Source: Eledone cirrhosa (taxonomy: Eukaryota). From it: a DNA stretch of 64,000 nucleotides. The notes beneath the pieces are model-generated. The model had not been told where the DNA came from and did no database searches. It was given only the letters and a program-made list of their open reading frames with translations. The position numbers and the translations under genes were made by a program. This document shows positions 41,440 through 63,902 of this stretch, one piece after another; positions within the stretch are counted from its first letter, which is position 1, and the number at the start of each line of letters is the position of its first letter. The stretch is taken from contig OZ024740.1 of assembly GCA_964016885.1 (NCBI GenBank), positions 38,688,001-38,752,000 on the forward strand. Direction: 5' to 3'.

Positions 41440-42194
41440 ATTTGTATGTGTATATATTTGTGTGTATGTGTGTATATGTATGTGTATGTATATATATATA
41501 TATATATATGTGTGTATATGTGTTTATTTATGTAGTTATATGTATATGTGTGTATATATGTGTGTATATATATGTATATATGTGTGGGTGTGTGTGTGTG
41601 TGTGCGTATATGTATGTATATGTATGTATGTATGTGTGTGTATGTATATATATGTATGTATATATGTATGTATATGTATATATATATGTGTATATATATA
41701 TGTATGTGTATATATATATATATATATATATGTGTGTATATGTGTGTGTGTGTATATATATGTGTGTGTGTGCATGTGTATACACACACATATGTATATA
41801 TATGTGTGTATATGTATGTGTGTATGTGTGTATGCGTGTATATATATGTATATATGTGTGTATATGTGCATATATATTTATGTATATATGCGTATATATA
41901 TGTATATATGTCTGTGTATGTATATGTATATATATATATATATATATATGTATGTACATGTGTATATGTGTGTGTGTGTGTGTATATATATATGTGTATA
42001 TGTATATATATATATATGTATATTTGTATGTATATATATGTATGTGTATGTGTGTGCGGATATATATATATGTATATATATATGTGTATGTGTATGTATG
42101 TATATGTATATATGTATGTATGTTTATATATGTGTGTATGTATATGTGTATATATGTGTGTGTGTGTATGTGTGTGTATATGTGTATATATATT

Positions 42195-42271
<77 letters not shown>

Positions 42272-42406
42272 GTATGTGTGTGTGTATATATATATATATA
42301 TATTTATATATGTGTATATATATATATATGTATATATATGTATATATGTGTATGTTTGTGTGTATGTGTATGTATGTATATATATATATATATGTGTGTG
42401 TTTGTG

Positions 42407-42441
<35 letters not shown>

Positions 42442-42444
42442 GTG

Positions 42445-42476
<32 letters not shown>

Positions 42477-42502
42477 TAGATGAGTGTACGTATACGTGTG
42501 TG

Positions 42503-42559
<57 letters not shown>

Positions 42560-42643
42560 GTGTATATGTGTATATGTATGTATGTATTTATATATGTATG
42601 TGTGTATGTGTGTGTGTATATATATATATATATATTTATATAC
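41440..42643. repeat. (TA)n/(TG)n compound microsatellite
   Basis: Directly visible. Confidence 0.95.
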
Positions 42644-43095
42644 ACCTCCACCTCCACCCCACCCACACCGCCCCTTTCAATGTAAAGTTATGTTGGTCCC
42701 ACAACATCCAGGCCAAAACAAATGAGATCGTGTAGGTGTCACGACAAAAAACACACAGTCCACGCTGTAAATGTGGCCGTGTAGGCAACACGGTAAAAAC
42801 CTCCCAGCCCCACACTGTAAATGTGGTTGGTGTTAGGAAGGGCATCCAGCTGTAGAAAACCCGCCAGACAGTCCACGCTGTAATGTGGCCATGTAGGCAA
42901 CACGGTAAAAACCTCCCAGCCCCACACTGTAAATGTGGTTGGTGTTAGGAAGGGCATCCAACTGTAGAAAACCCGCCAGACAGTCCTATGCGAGCAAGAC
43001 AACCACTCTTGCCTCAAGTGGGAAAACCCCCGTCCAAACCCATGCAAGCGTGGAACACGGACGCTAAACCTGATGATGATGATGATGATGATGAT
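42644..43095 (+). mobile_element. RTE LINE 3' UTR copy
   Basis: Near-identical to 45071-45517 and ends in (GAT)n. Confidence 0.92.
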
Positions 43096-43154
43096 ATATG
43101 TATATGTGTGTGTATATGTATGTGTATGTATGTGTATGTATATGTGTATATATA

Positions 43155-43195
<41 letters not shown>

Positions 43196-43248
43196 GTGTA
43201 TATATATATGTATGTATTTGTTTGTGTATGTGTATGTATGTGTATGTG

Positions 43249-43288
<40 letters not shown>

Positions 43289-43419
43289 TATGAATATATG
43301 TATGAAATGTGTATCTCTATATATATATATATATATATAAATATATGTATGTATGGTGTATATGTGTGTATATATATATATATGTTCTGTTTTGTTCCCG
43401 TTCAATTTTTCCTTATATA

Positions 43420-43460
<41 letters not shown>

Positions 43461-43480
43461 GTATATATGTGTGTGTGATA

Positions 43481-45517
43481 GTTAACCAAGTCGTACAGAA
43501 TGGGGTTGTTCCGAAGGACTGGCGTAGCAGCATCATCGTTAACTGCTATAAGGGAAAAGGAGATGCCCTAGATAGGAGTAACTATAGAGGCATTAAATTA
43601 ATCGACCAGGTCATGAAGGTCACGGAAAAAGTAATAGCGCAACTAATCAGAGAGAGAATTGATCTAGATGAAATGCAGTTCGGATTTGTGTCAGGCAAAA
43701 GTACCACAGACGCTCTTTTCATTGTACGACAACTACAGGAGAAGTACCTAGCTAAAAGTAAACACCTATACTTAGCTTTCGTCGACTTGGAGAAAGCCTT
43801 CGACAGAGTCCCCCGTTCCATTATCTGGTGGTCTCTTAGAAAACTAGGTGTTGACGAATGGCTTGTGAGAGCTATACAAGCCATGTATAAAGAAACAGTC
43901 AGTAAGGTTAGAATTAACAACGAATATAGTGAAGAGTTTAGCGTAAAAGTTGGTGTCCATCAGGGCTCTGTTCTTAGCCCCCTACTATTTATTATTGCCC
44001 TTCAGGCTATAACAGAGGAGTTCAAGACCGGCTGCCCATGGGAACTCCTATACGCAGATGATCTAACGCTCATAGCTGAATCAATGAACGAACTAGAGAA
44101 GAAATTCCAAACATGGAAGCACGGCCTAGAATCAAAAGGACTTAAAATTAACCTGGCTAAGACTAAAGTTCTAGTTTGTAGGAAAGAAAATAAGGCGGCA
44201 GTCCCATCTGGGAAATGGCGATGCTCAGTGTGTAGGAAAGGCGTAGGTAGAAACTCCATTTTATGTCCCAAATGCAAAGTATGGGTGCATAAAAAATGTA
44301 GTGGGATCACAGGTAAGCTAACTAAGAACATAGATTTTACATGTGGCCGGTGCTCTGGTGCAATAAGTAGCAGCAAGTGCCCACAAAAATACTAGCTCCT
44401 TCAACTGCGCAGAGGGTTCTATAGAAATAGTGGACAGCTTCCGTTACCTGGGTGACAAAATCAGCAGTGGGGGAGGGTGCTCTGAAAGTACAGTAGCTAG
44501 AGTCAGAACTGGATGGAAAAAGTTCAGAGAGCTTATACCACTATTAGCCGCTAGAGGGTTCTCCCTAAAAATGAAGGGCAGGTTATACGATGCCTGCATA
44601 CGAACAGCAATGCTGCATGGCAGTGAGACCTGGGCATTGTGTGCAGATGATATACGCAGACTAGAGAGGAACGAAGCTTGCATGCTCCGCTGGATGTGCA
44701 ATAGTAATATACGTGAACGGCAAAGCATAAACGAACTAAGGAAAAAATTAGAAATAAGAGGGATCAGATGTTGTTTACTCGAGAGAAGGCTACGTTGGTA
44801 CGGTCACGTGATGCGCATGAAAGACGACAGCTGTATAACAAAGTGCAGGGCAATAAAGATAGATGGTAGCCACGGAGTAGGCAGACCCAGAAAAACATGG
44901 GACGAGCTGATAAACTCCGACCTCACACGCTTACACCTCTCCAAGACAATGTCACTGGACCGAGACCTTTGGCGGTACTCAGTAATAGAGAAGACCCGCC
45001 TTACCTAAATACAAAGTAAAAACCTACTACAGTCAGTAGGCATCTCTATCAAAACACCCCCCCGTCCCACCACCTCCACCCCATCCACACCGCCCCTTTC
45101 AATGTAAAGTAATGTTGGTCCCACAACATCCAGGCCGAAAAAAATGAGATCGTGTAGGTGTCACGACAAAAAAACACACAGTCCACGCTGTAAATGTGGC
45201 CGTGTAGGCAACACGGTAAAAACCTCCCAGCCCCACACTGTAAATGTGGTTGGTGTTAGGAAGAGCATCCAGCTGTAGAAAACCCGCCAGACAGTCCACG
45301 CCATAATGTGGCCGTGTAAGCAACACGGTAAAAACCTCCCAGCCCCACACTGTAAATGTGGTTGGTGTTAGGAAGGGCATCCAACTGTAGAAAACCCGCC
45401 AGACAATCCTATGCGAGCAAGACAACCACTCTTGCTTCAAGTGGGAAAACCCCCGTCCAAACCCATGCAAGCGTGGAACACGGACGCTAAACCTGATGAT
45501 GATGATGATGATGATGA
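43481..45517 (+). mobile_element. 5'-truncated RTE-clade LINE (RT ORF 43481-45008 with one frameshift near 44390; 3' UTR to 45517)
   Basis: RT motifs NYRGIKL, QFGF...STTDA, FVDLEKAFDRV, GVHQGSVLSPLLF, LYADD, FRYLG, RLRWYGHV.R, GRPRKTW. A Cys/His PHD-like finger (CSVC...CPKC..WVHKKC...CGRC) lies inside the RT C-terminal half. (GAT)n tail. Confidence 0.95.
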
Positions 45518-45532
45518 TATATATATATATTT

Positions 45533-45594
<62 letters not shown>

Positions 45595-45649
45595 GTATAT
45601 ATGTGTTTATGTATGTGTGTGTGTGTGTGTGTGTATATGTGTATATGTG

Positions 45650-45691
<42 letters not shown>

Positions 45692-46246
45692 AATATATAT
45701 ATATATAAATATATTTATATGTGTGTGTGTGTTTTTATGTGTGTATATGTGTATGTGTATGTGTGTTTATGGTTGCGCGCGAGTGTGTTTTGTGAATGTG
45801 TCTGTTGATTTTTGGCATATAGTTGAATAGTTTATGAGAAATTTGAGGGTAATTGTAAGATATGCACTCAATATTCTGAATTTGTCTACAGAATTCTCTA
45901 AACCTTTGTCACTTAGTAGAACCTTAATGAATTTAGTTTTTAAAGAATCTCCCTTTCCTTTAAATCTATCTACCATGACTGACCCCCCACTGATCTTATA
46001 GACACGTGTTAGCTTAAGAGAAACTTAATAACAAGGAATGGCTTGCCATCCTGAACCTGTTTATAGAATTCTGTCTGCCTTTGTTACTCTAAAAACAAAA
46101 ATAAATAAAAATAAACTATAGCTTTGTAGAATTGGCTTTTAATGAATTCCCTTTTCTATCAACCAATGACCTACACCCATCCCACTCCCCACCCTCTTCT
46201 ACCACTTGTAGAGACCTATAAATACCATACTTACTTTTTGATTCCC

Positions 46247-46297
46247 AGATTCCTGATGATTTCTAAAGAATGAAACAGTTCTAGTCCTGTAGAATCT
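46247..46297 (+). ncRNA. Type I hammerhead ribozyme in the direct pLTR
   Basis: AGATTC-CTGATGA-TTTC(taaa)GAAT-GAAA-CAG(ttctagtc)CTG-TA^-GAATCT: 6-bp stem I, stem III ACAG/CTGT, GUA cleavage triplet, U.U at the base of stem II. TATAAAT lies ~30 bp upstream. Confidence 0.75.
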
Positions 46298-46380
46298 CAT
46301 CTATATTAAAACTTTTATACTCTGCAATGTATTGAGTACCTTACTTACTGTGGTTACCTCCGATTCAACCCGGAATAACG

Positions 46381-48503
<2,123 letters not shown>

Positions 48504-48504
48504 T

Positions 48505-48855
48505 GGAGGTACATGGCTTAGTGGTTAGAGCATTGGCCTTGCAATCGAATGGTTGTGAGTTCAATTCTCAGACCGGGTGATGTGTTGTTTCCTTGAGCAA
48601 GACACTTTATTTCACATTGCTCCAGTTTACTCAGCTGTAGAAATGAGATGATAGGGACTGGGGTCCATATCATTCCACTGCAAAGTGGTCGTGGAGGTGC
48701 CACGGCAAAAAAAGCACCCAGCACTCACTGTAAATGAGGTTAGTGTTAGGAAGGGCATCCAGCTGTAGAAATCAAGCCAGAATCAGTTCCCGTCCCACCC
48801 TTGCAAGCAGGGAAAAGTGGACGTAAAATGAAATGATGATGATGATGATGATGAT
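48505..48855 (+). mobile_element. Full-length tRNA-derived SINE family B with RTE-type tail
   Basis: A and B boxes, central TTCCTTGAGCAAGACACTT domain, and the tail GTGTTAGGAAGGGCATCCAGCTGTAGAAA...GGACGTAAAA(TGA)n shared with the RTE LINE. Confidence 0.92.
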
Positions 48856-48867
48856 ATATATATATAC

Positions 48868-48916
<49 letters not shown>

Positions 48917-48973
48917 CATATATATATATACATATATATATATACATATATATATATACATATATATATATAC

Positions 48974-49018
<45 letters not shown>

Positions 49019-49019
49019 C

Positions 49020-49068
<49 letters not shown>

Positions 49069-49128
49069 CATATATATATATACATATATATATATACATA
49101 TGTATATATACATATGTATATATATACA

Positions 49129-49160
<32 letters not shown>

Positions 49161-49180
49161 CATATATATATATACATATA

Positions 49181-50785
49181 ACTTTGAATAACTTTGAAAT
49201 GTTTTGGCCAGTATTGGCCCAGGCCATGTCTAACTTAATAGCACCACCTGGCGAAGTCTTTCAATTCAGGATTTGGGCACCATGGCCCATTCGAGAAGAG
49301 AATTACTGTTTGCGGAGACATATCCGGGTGTGGGTGGTTTGTCCGGGATTACTTGGAGGAATTTGTCCAAAGACTTCTTGAATTTTGTGTGGTCAGTTTC
49401 TGTTTTGACGTGTCCTGGTGTGATGTTGAAGAGAGCAGGGCCGATTGAGGTGAAATAATTGTGCCGTATTGTTGTTATGAGTTGCGATTTTGATTTTTGA
49501 ATGGACGGATAGCACGGGGCCCAAGCCTTGGGTGTATCTTGAAGGCGATGCCAACATCATTTGGGCAGTGATGATGGAACATTTTCCACATCATGCAGAT
49601 AATATAACGCTCCACGGCGACGTTGGAGTGAGTAAGTTTCAGGTTTTCCAATCGACCCCAGTAGTCAAGGTCTGACATGCCATCTATCTTTTTCGTGATT
49701 GCCCTTTGAGGAGCTTCAAGTTTCATGATACTTTGTTTCGTGTGGGGAGACCACAGTGGACAACAGTATTCAAGGTGTGGTCGGGCGAAAGTAGAGAAGA
49801 GAAGGATAATGGTGCGGGAATCTCTCGACTGGAAGGTTCTGAGGATCCAGGAACACATTCTGCGGGCCATGTCAACTTTGCTGCTTATATGCGTGGTCCA
49901 GCTTATGTTGCTGTCCACGGTTACTCCCAAGTCTCTGATGTTGTTAGATGCCACGAGAGTTTCCCCGGAGGGAAGGGAGTACGGGAGTTTCAGAGCATCC
50001 TCTTTTCCAAAGTGGATCAGTTCGAATTTGTCTTCGTTCAGTAACATGTTGTTCTTTTCTGCCCATTGGGTAACAGCCAGTAGGTCTGACTGAAGGCTTA
50101 TCCGGTCATCCACGCCATTGATGACCTTTTGGAGCTTGGAATCATCAGCGAAAATTTTAATGTTGCTGTGTTTGATGATGTCAGTGATGTCATTAATATA
50201 GATGATGAAGAGAAGTGGGCCCAACACAGTGCCTTGTGGGACCCCACTACTGACTTTGGCTGGCTTGATTTGACTCCCTCAACTACAACATGTTGGGTTC
50301 TGTTTGACAGGAAGCTCTTGATCCACTGCAGCAGCTTTCCAGTGACACCAATATTGGACAGCTTTCTCAGTAGAATGTTATGATCAACCCTGTCAAAGGC
50401 CTTGCTGAAATCAAGGTAGATAACATCAGTGTTGGAACCCTCTCCCAGGGCTCTCAAAATGTCATCAAAGTGATGCAGTAGCTGCGTCAGGCAATCCCTT
50501 CCATTACGGAATCCATGCTGGTTGGAGTTCAGCATATTGTTACTCTCAAGGAAGTGGTCATTCGCGATCTCACCACTCGCTCAAATACCTTAATGATATG
50601 AGAGGTGAGTGAGATTGGACGGTAATTCACGGCAAGGGATTTGTTTCCCTTTTTGAAAACTGGGACAACAGACTGGGATAGAAGGTTTTCTGGCACATAT
50701 CCAGCATCCAGTGAGTTCCGCCACAGATTGGCAAGAGGAGATGCAAGTTGGTGTTGACACGCCTTCAAGACACAAGCAGGGAAAT
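49181..50785 (-). mobile_element. 5'-truncated CR1-like LINE, second family
   Basis: NYRPISLTS, QHGFR, YLDFSKAFDRV, LGPLLF, FADD, RDLGV, RPHLEY..P.W.P. Several frameshifts. 3' tail (TTCAAAGTTA)2. Confidence 0.9.
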
Positions 50786-55408
<4,623 letters not shown>

Positions 55409-55410
55409 TC

Positions 55411-58400
55411 TCGACAACTACACTTCATAAAAGAATGCGCCTCATCCCGAGTTTACACCAACACCATCAACACCGACGTTAGAAGATTACAACTCACCAA
55501 AAAACAAGCAGATAGGCTAAAACGAACATTAATTCTAAACATAAAAAAGAAGATCTATAGAGAATTAAGTCATCAAGAAAAACATAAGCGTAACCTAATA
55601 CAAGAAATAACTAGGATCACCACACCAAGAGAGAAACTAATATTTATAAGCCATATACGCCCTGAAGAACAGTACATTGCTCAAGAATGTGATAAGCACT
55701 TTAACAAGAAACTAAAGTGGCTTAAGCAGATAAAGCTAAATCAGGATACTATAGAGAATACCAATAGATATCCCGACAAAATTGACAGTATAAATATGGC
55801 CGACACCTCATTAACAGAAGAGTTCAAGAACAACAACAACAACACAAATATATACGGTAACACAAGAATAGATAACGATGAGATGTCTGTGTTATGTTTA
55901 CCCCCGAAATTTGCGACATTCAAGAAGGTAAATATGATTAGTTGTCTGTCAGAAATAGAAAAATCATTTACAAAACTACGCTGGAGCCTCAAAAACAAAA
56001 ACAAAAGTAACAATATACGCACACACATATACAACACACATCCCAACAACAACAGACACACAGACACAAACAACAATAACAACAACACACACAACAACAA
56101 CAACATACTCAGAAACAACAACAACAGACACGCAGACACAAACAACAATAACAACACACACAACAACAATAACACACACGGAGACAACAACAACACACAT
56201 CAACAACAGCACACATCAACAACAACAACACACACACATTCATTGCCTCTCACCACCACCACAATCTTAACAAACACACAGACACAGAAAGCAAGTAATG
56301 ACAGTAGCACAGAAATCATAGAAATAAGGGGAAGTAATAGGATTAAAAAGAGAAGGGAGACTAAGGACAAAGAGAATAACCAAGACGAACACACAGACAC
56401 ACAAAATAGGGTAGATAACAACAATGAGCCAGTGGAAAGAGACAGGAGTAATTATGAGAGACATAGAAACAACCATGAGGCTGTTGGTGGAAATAGAAAT
56501 AGAAACAACACAACTAACAATAACAATAGCACTAGTACACATAAAGCAGCAGCCTGGAACTCTACTTTCTATAATCCCTCGGATAAATCGTTCGACCTGC
56601 GACGAGTCCACGCCACGACTTTACCATTTAACAAACGCACGCAATTGCCGTCGCAGGTCGATGAACAAACAGAAGCACAATTTAGTATAGCTAGATCCGA
56701 ACTTAGAAATATTATAGAACAGTATAGCAAGAAGCATAATAGAATGGAGGCCTAGCAACTGGGAGAAAAATCTGCAAATGGCTTGCGTAAGCTCATGCAG
56801 CGCTCACGTAATGGAGAGATAGCATGCTTTCCAACAGACAAGTCTGGCAGAATGTCGGTTGACAGCCTGCCAAACTACATCCAGGCAATGCAACCCCACA
56901 TCACTAACACAAGAGAGGTAACACCACAGGAGCATGAGGATAGAGAAAAAGCCCTCAATGCCCATATGGTGATGTGGACGAATATAATGCAGCCCAACAA
57001 AAGGACTGCCAACAACTTCCAGGCCTGGAACAATGACGTGCCGGCGTTGTATGGGCTTCGTAAAGACCATAAAACGGGCAGTGACCCTGTCACGGGACCA
57101 CCAACACGGCCAGTCTGTGGAGCTAACATTGCTAGTAACTACAGACTGTCCTACTTCCTCTCCCTGATCATACGCCCCATCATTCAAATGTCCCCAGATG
57201 TATGTGACAGCACGGAGGACCTCCTCAGCAGAATCGGCGTGGGTAACCGATCTAGGGACCTAACAAACTGCATAATAGGTAGTATGGATGTTGTGTTCCT
57301 GTATCCATCTATTGACGTGGATTTTGCTGTGGAGAAATGCGTAGAAATGATCAGTGAGAGCAATGTTGAGTTCCGTGGGATTGATACCAGTGAGCTGGGA
57401 CTCCTACTTAAACTTACCTATAGTAATAATTACCTAGACACATATGACCTTAGCAACCTGTACCCTACAAGACCAGCAAGAGGCAGACCACCTACCATTA
57501 CCTCAATGGCCAATAAAACCCACACAGATAGATGGAACGGGTGGACCAGAGCCATACGGACACTCGAAAACCACGATGAACGGAAGAAAATGATTGCACA
57601 TGCGGTAGGGGCCAGCATAAAACTAACCCTTAAGGAACATATGTTCAAATTTAATGGAAAAACATATGCCCAAGAGGAAGGAGCAGCCATTGGTGTTAGC
57701 ATTGCAGGCGACATAGCTAACTTATTCATCATATGGTGGGACAGTAGACTTAAACTTAAACAACAATTAGAAGCCCCCTTAAACCTGATAATGTACTCCC
57801 GCTACGTTGATGATATAAACATCGTAGTTAAGACACCCCATCTAGAGAACAGTCAAGAACTAGAGAAAAACACAATGGAAAGCATCCAGCAAATAGCAAA
57901 CTCCATCCACCAGAGCATTAGAGTTACTATAGACTACTCAAGTAAACACCCCAACCATCGATTACCTGTACTAGACACAGAGCTCTGGTTAGATACCATT
58001 AACAACAAAAACAAATCCTCCATTCCCATTATGCCAAACCCATGACTTCCAAACATCTGATCCACCGAAACTCGGCCGTTTCGGACCATACCAAAATCAA
58101 CATACTGATTGCGGATTTGGTACGGATGATGAGAAACGTGTCCCGCATGTGCAACCCCGAAGAACTAGAGAGACACATACAACACTTCATCCACCATATG
58201 CAGTTCTCTGGCTACAATCAGAGAGATAAAATCAGAGTGTATAGAGGAGCCAGAACCAAATGGGAAAAAATGGTAAATAATGACATAAATGGGACCTGCC
58301 CCTTGTATAGGAGCAAATTTTGGAATAGAATAGAAAGAACTAGGAACAAGGCTAATAGAATAAACTCATGGTATGATAGCAATAAATACCAGAGTGTAAT

Positions 58401-59301
58401 GTTCATCGATACAACCCCTAGAGGTGAATTAGCTTACAAATTTAGAAGGGCCCTAAATAAACATAAACTCAATATTAAGATAGTAGAAAGACCAGGTACC
58501 TCCGTAAAAACACTTATTAGCAAGACATACCCTTTTCAAAGACCCTCATGTATAGATAAGAAATGTATAACCTGTAAAATAAGCCTCCATATTAACTGTA
58601 AAACTAAAAATGTAGTGTATAGCATAAGATGTACTGAAGGACAATGTAGAGACAAAAATATAGTGTACATAGGTGAGACAGCTCGTAGTGTAGGAGAACT
58701 GATAAATGAACACTGGCGAACCTTCAAGATAGTAAAGAATCATCGGTACTCTACCAACATGCTAAAATAGAACACAAGGGTAAATTAGTGAACATAGAAA
58801 TAAAAATAGAATCTACACACAGAAAAGACGCAATGTTTAGACAAATTACAGAGGCAATAAACATAAAAGAATTACAACCAAAATAAAATAGAAAATATGA
58901 GTAGAACAGCAACATCACAACTTACAATTAAGGACAAAATGAAAACACACACACACAGAACAAACAACCAACCAGTAACATGTAAATAAACAAATAAATA
59001 AATGAACATAAACACACAGACACCCGGATGTGGCGCATGCGCAGACTGAGCACACAACACACACACAGAAACAAAATGGCGTAGGACAGAACAAACGAGA
59101 GGCACAGAAACAAAGAAAGGAATCCCCAGTCACTGAAGAGGTCACAGAGTGTGTGACGAAAGAACTATGACAATATATAAACAACTATCTGGTTGTGGAA
59201 CCAACCAACCAACCAGAAATTTATAAATTTATTATAATAAATTGAAGTGAAAGCAACTGGTGCGTGTGTTTCTTATTGGCAACATGACCCTCCCAAAGTA
59301 T

Positions 59302-59306
<5 letters not shown>
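55411..59306 (+). mobile_element. Near full-length degenerate Penelope-like element (second lineage)
   Basis: Frame open from 55412 (LHFIKEC) to TAG at 56753-55, continuing in frame into RT (PTDKSG, LYGLRKDHK, RPVCG, MDV..LYPSI, G.AIG, RYVDD, LPVLD). Frameshifts near 58020 and 58720. GIY-YIG C...C..C...C...NVVYSI.C...YIGET. 3' UTR contains a hammerhead. (TA)n flanks. Confidence 0.92.
59129..59171 (+). ncRNA. Minimal type I hammerhead ribozyme
   Basis: GTCA-CTGAAGA-G-GTCACA(gagtg)TGTGAC-GAAA-GAAC-TA^-TGAC; one extra nt after A9; stem III minimal. Confidence 0.75.
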
Positions 59307-59355
<49 letters not shown>

Positions 59356-59358
59356 CGT

Positions 59359-59430
<72 letters not shown>

Positions 59431-59815
59431 GAGGTATATGGCTTAGTGGTTAGAGCATTGGCCTTGCAATGGAGGCACTTGGCTTAGTGGTTAGAGCATT
59501 GGCCTTGCAATCGAAAGGTTGTGAGTTCAATTCTCAGACTGGGTGATGTGTTGTTTCCTTGAGCAAGACACTTTATTTCACGTTGCTCCAGTTTACTCAG
59601 CTGTAGAAATGAGATGATAGGGACTGGGGTCCATATCATTCCACTGCAAAGTGGTCGTGCAGGTGCCACGTCAAAAAAAGCACCCAGCACTCACTGTAAA
59701 TGAGGTTGGTGTTAGGAAGGGCATCCAGCTATAGAAATCAAGCCAGAATCAGTTCCCGTCCCACCCTTTCAAGCAGGGAAAAGCGGACGTAAACTGAAAT
59801 GAATGAATGAATGAA
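59431..59815 (+). mobile_element. SINE family B with duplicated 5' head
   Basis: 59431-59470 repeats the first ~40 nt of the full copy starting at 59471; (GAAT)n tail. Confidence 0.9.
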
Positions 59816-62151
<2,336 letters not shown>

Positions 62152-63470
62152 GAGAGAGAAAATTGAGGTTGGTAATGGCACATGGAATATATAAGAGACA
62201 GAATACTTTTTCGTGAAAAAACATAATTTTATATGGTAAGGAAATAATAAAGGGTATAAAAAATGACCGGTTTCGATGGGTCTGCAAAAGCCATCTTTTC
62301 AAATGTTGATTAATATTAAGAAAAATTAATAATACGAAGAGTTAAAATTTGAGATTTGAAAATTCAAGTATAAAATTCATTGTGGGATTTCATAGTAGTT
62401 TTCATCTAGGTAGCAACAACAAGTTGACTGCTGTGTCCCTTTCTGGTTGTGAATGAGAAGTTATTTGTGGTGTGGGTTATTTTATAAAGGTCAGATTTAG
62501 CAATGGCCAACTGGCCAGCTGCTGGTCAGTGAGGGGGTGGAAGCAATATACATACATATATCTTCCTGTGGTGGGTAGGAGAGTGGAGCGTGATAGAAAG
62601 GGATTTAGTGCACTTACACCTATATATACACACATACCTTCATCCACTTAAAGATGTAAAAATGAAGTCTATTCTTGAAACACACAAGATCCTTAAAAGT
62701 AAATGACAACCCAAATCACTGGACCAAATATACCCAAACCAATCCTCAACCCTACAGTTACCAAATGTGGTAGAACAAACTGTGGAACGTGCCTCTACCT
62801 CACTGAAGGACAAACATTTACATTCAAAGATGGCCAAACATTTACAGTAAAAAACAATTTCACCTGCAACTCGGAGAACTTGATTTACGCAATAATTTGC
62901 GGTGCGTGCAAACACAACTACATAGGACAGACGGGCACCTCATTACGCAAAAGAATGACTATCCACCGCCAACAAATCCGGGACGCTAACACAAGAAAAA
63001 TCCCCTTGAGCAGCCATATTGCGAACTGCGCAGGAATGACACTACCCAACTTTAAAATCTTCCCCTTCTACAAGTGCTCAGATTCGTTCACACAGCAACA
63101 AAGAATAAACAAAGAAAATCTATTCCTTAACAAATTTAAACCAAAACTAAACGGGTTATCACCCCAATAGAATTGTCATAAAATATAAACACACATACGC
63201 ACGGAATCACTACTATTAAAGACCAGAGACCAATTCTGTAGAATCAGGTTTATTCGTCGACAGACCATGCCTTTGTGTGACCAACACATCCATGTTAAAC
63301 CCTGCACGTGCACACACATATATCTATATATATATATATGCGCACACAGAATTCACCACTGTCGGTTGCGGGGCCCAATCTACATGAAGAACTCAATGTG
63401 ATCAGAATGACTTGTATTTTAATTTCACTATCCCAACTTCTTATATTATGGAAAAAATATATCTGTATGT
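62152..63470 (+). mobile_element. Heavily 5'-truncated Penelope-like element (third lineage): putative inverted pLTR (62152-62640) + GIY-YIG domain
   Basis: ORF 62703-63170 CGRTNCGTC...FTCNSENLIYAIICGACKHNYIGQTG..LRKRM..H...H...KE..F...KPKLN (Neptune-like Cys-rich linker, inference). The upstream segment has a minus-strand hammerhead fold. Confidence 0.8.
62260..62307 (-). ncRNA. Minimal type I hammerhead, U3-A8 variant
   Basis: Minus strand AACAT-TTGAAAA-GATGG(cttttgcagac)CCATC-GAAA-CCGG-TC^-ATTTT; GUC triplet; ACCGGT palindrome; weak AU-rich stem I. Confidence 0.6.
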
Positions 63471-63762
63471 ATGTATATATATACATATATTTGGAGGCCA
63501 TTTCTCTGTGTGTGGGTGTATGTATGTGTATATGTGTATGTGTGTGCATGTGGATGTATGTATTGTGTGTGCGTGTGTGTGTGTGTGTGTTTATGTATGT
63601 GTGTATCTGGATGTATGCGTATGTGTATATATATATATATATGTGTGTGTGTATATATGTGTGTGTATGTGTATATATATGTGTGTGTGTGTGTATGTTT
63701 GTATGTGTGTATGTATATATATATATATGTATATATATGTGTGTGTGTGTATGTATGTGTGG

Positions 63763-63796
<34 letters not shown>

Positions 63797-63869
63797 GTGT
63801 ATATATATATGTGTATATATATATGTGTGTGTGTGTGTATGTATCTGGATGTATGTGTATGTATATATA

Positions 63870-63902
<33 letters not shown>

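Noticed and set aside
44213-44355. PHD-like zinc finger inside the RTE reverse transcriptase as a novel fusion
   Set aside because: To my knowledge this insertion is already a recurring feature of some invertebrate RTE-clade elements, so it is recorded as a feature only.
48505-48580. tRNA gene
   Set aside because: A and B boxes are present but no complete cloverleaf, and it continues into the SINE body; it is a tRNA-derived SINE head.
56753-56755. In-frame stop in the second PLE as programmed read-through or selenocysteine
   Set aside because: The codon is TAG, not TGA, and the element has other frameshifts and stops, so it is most simply a nonsense mutation.
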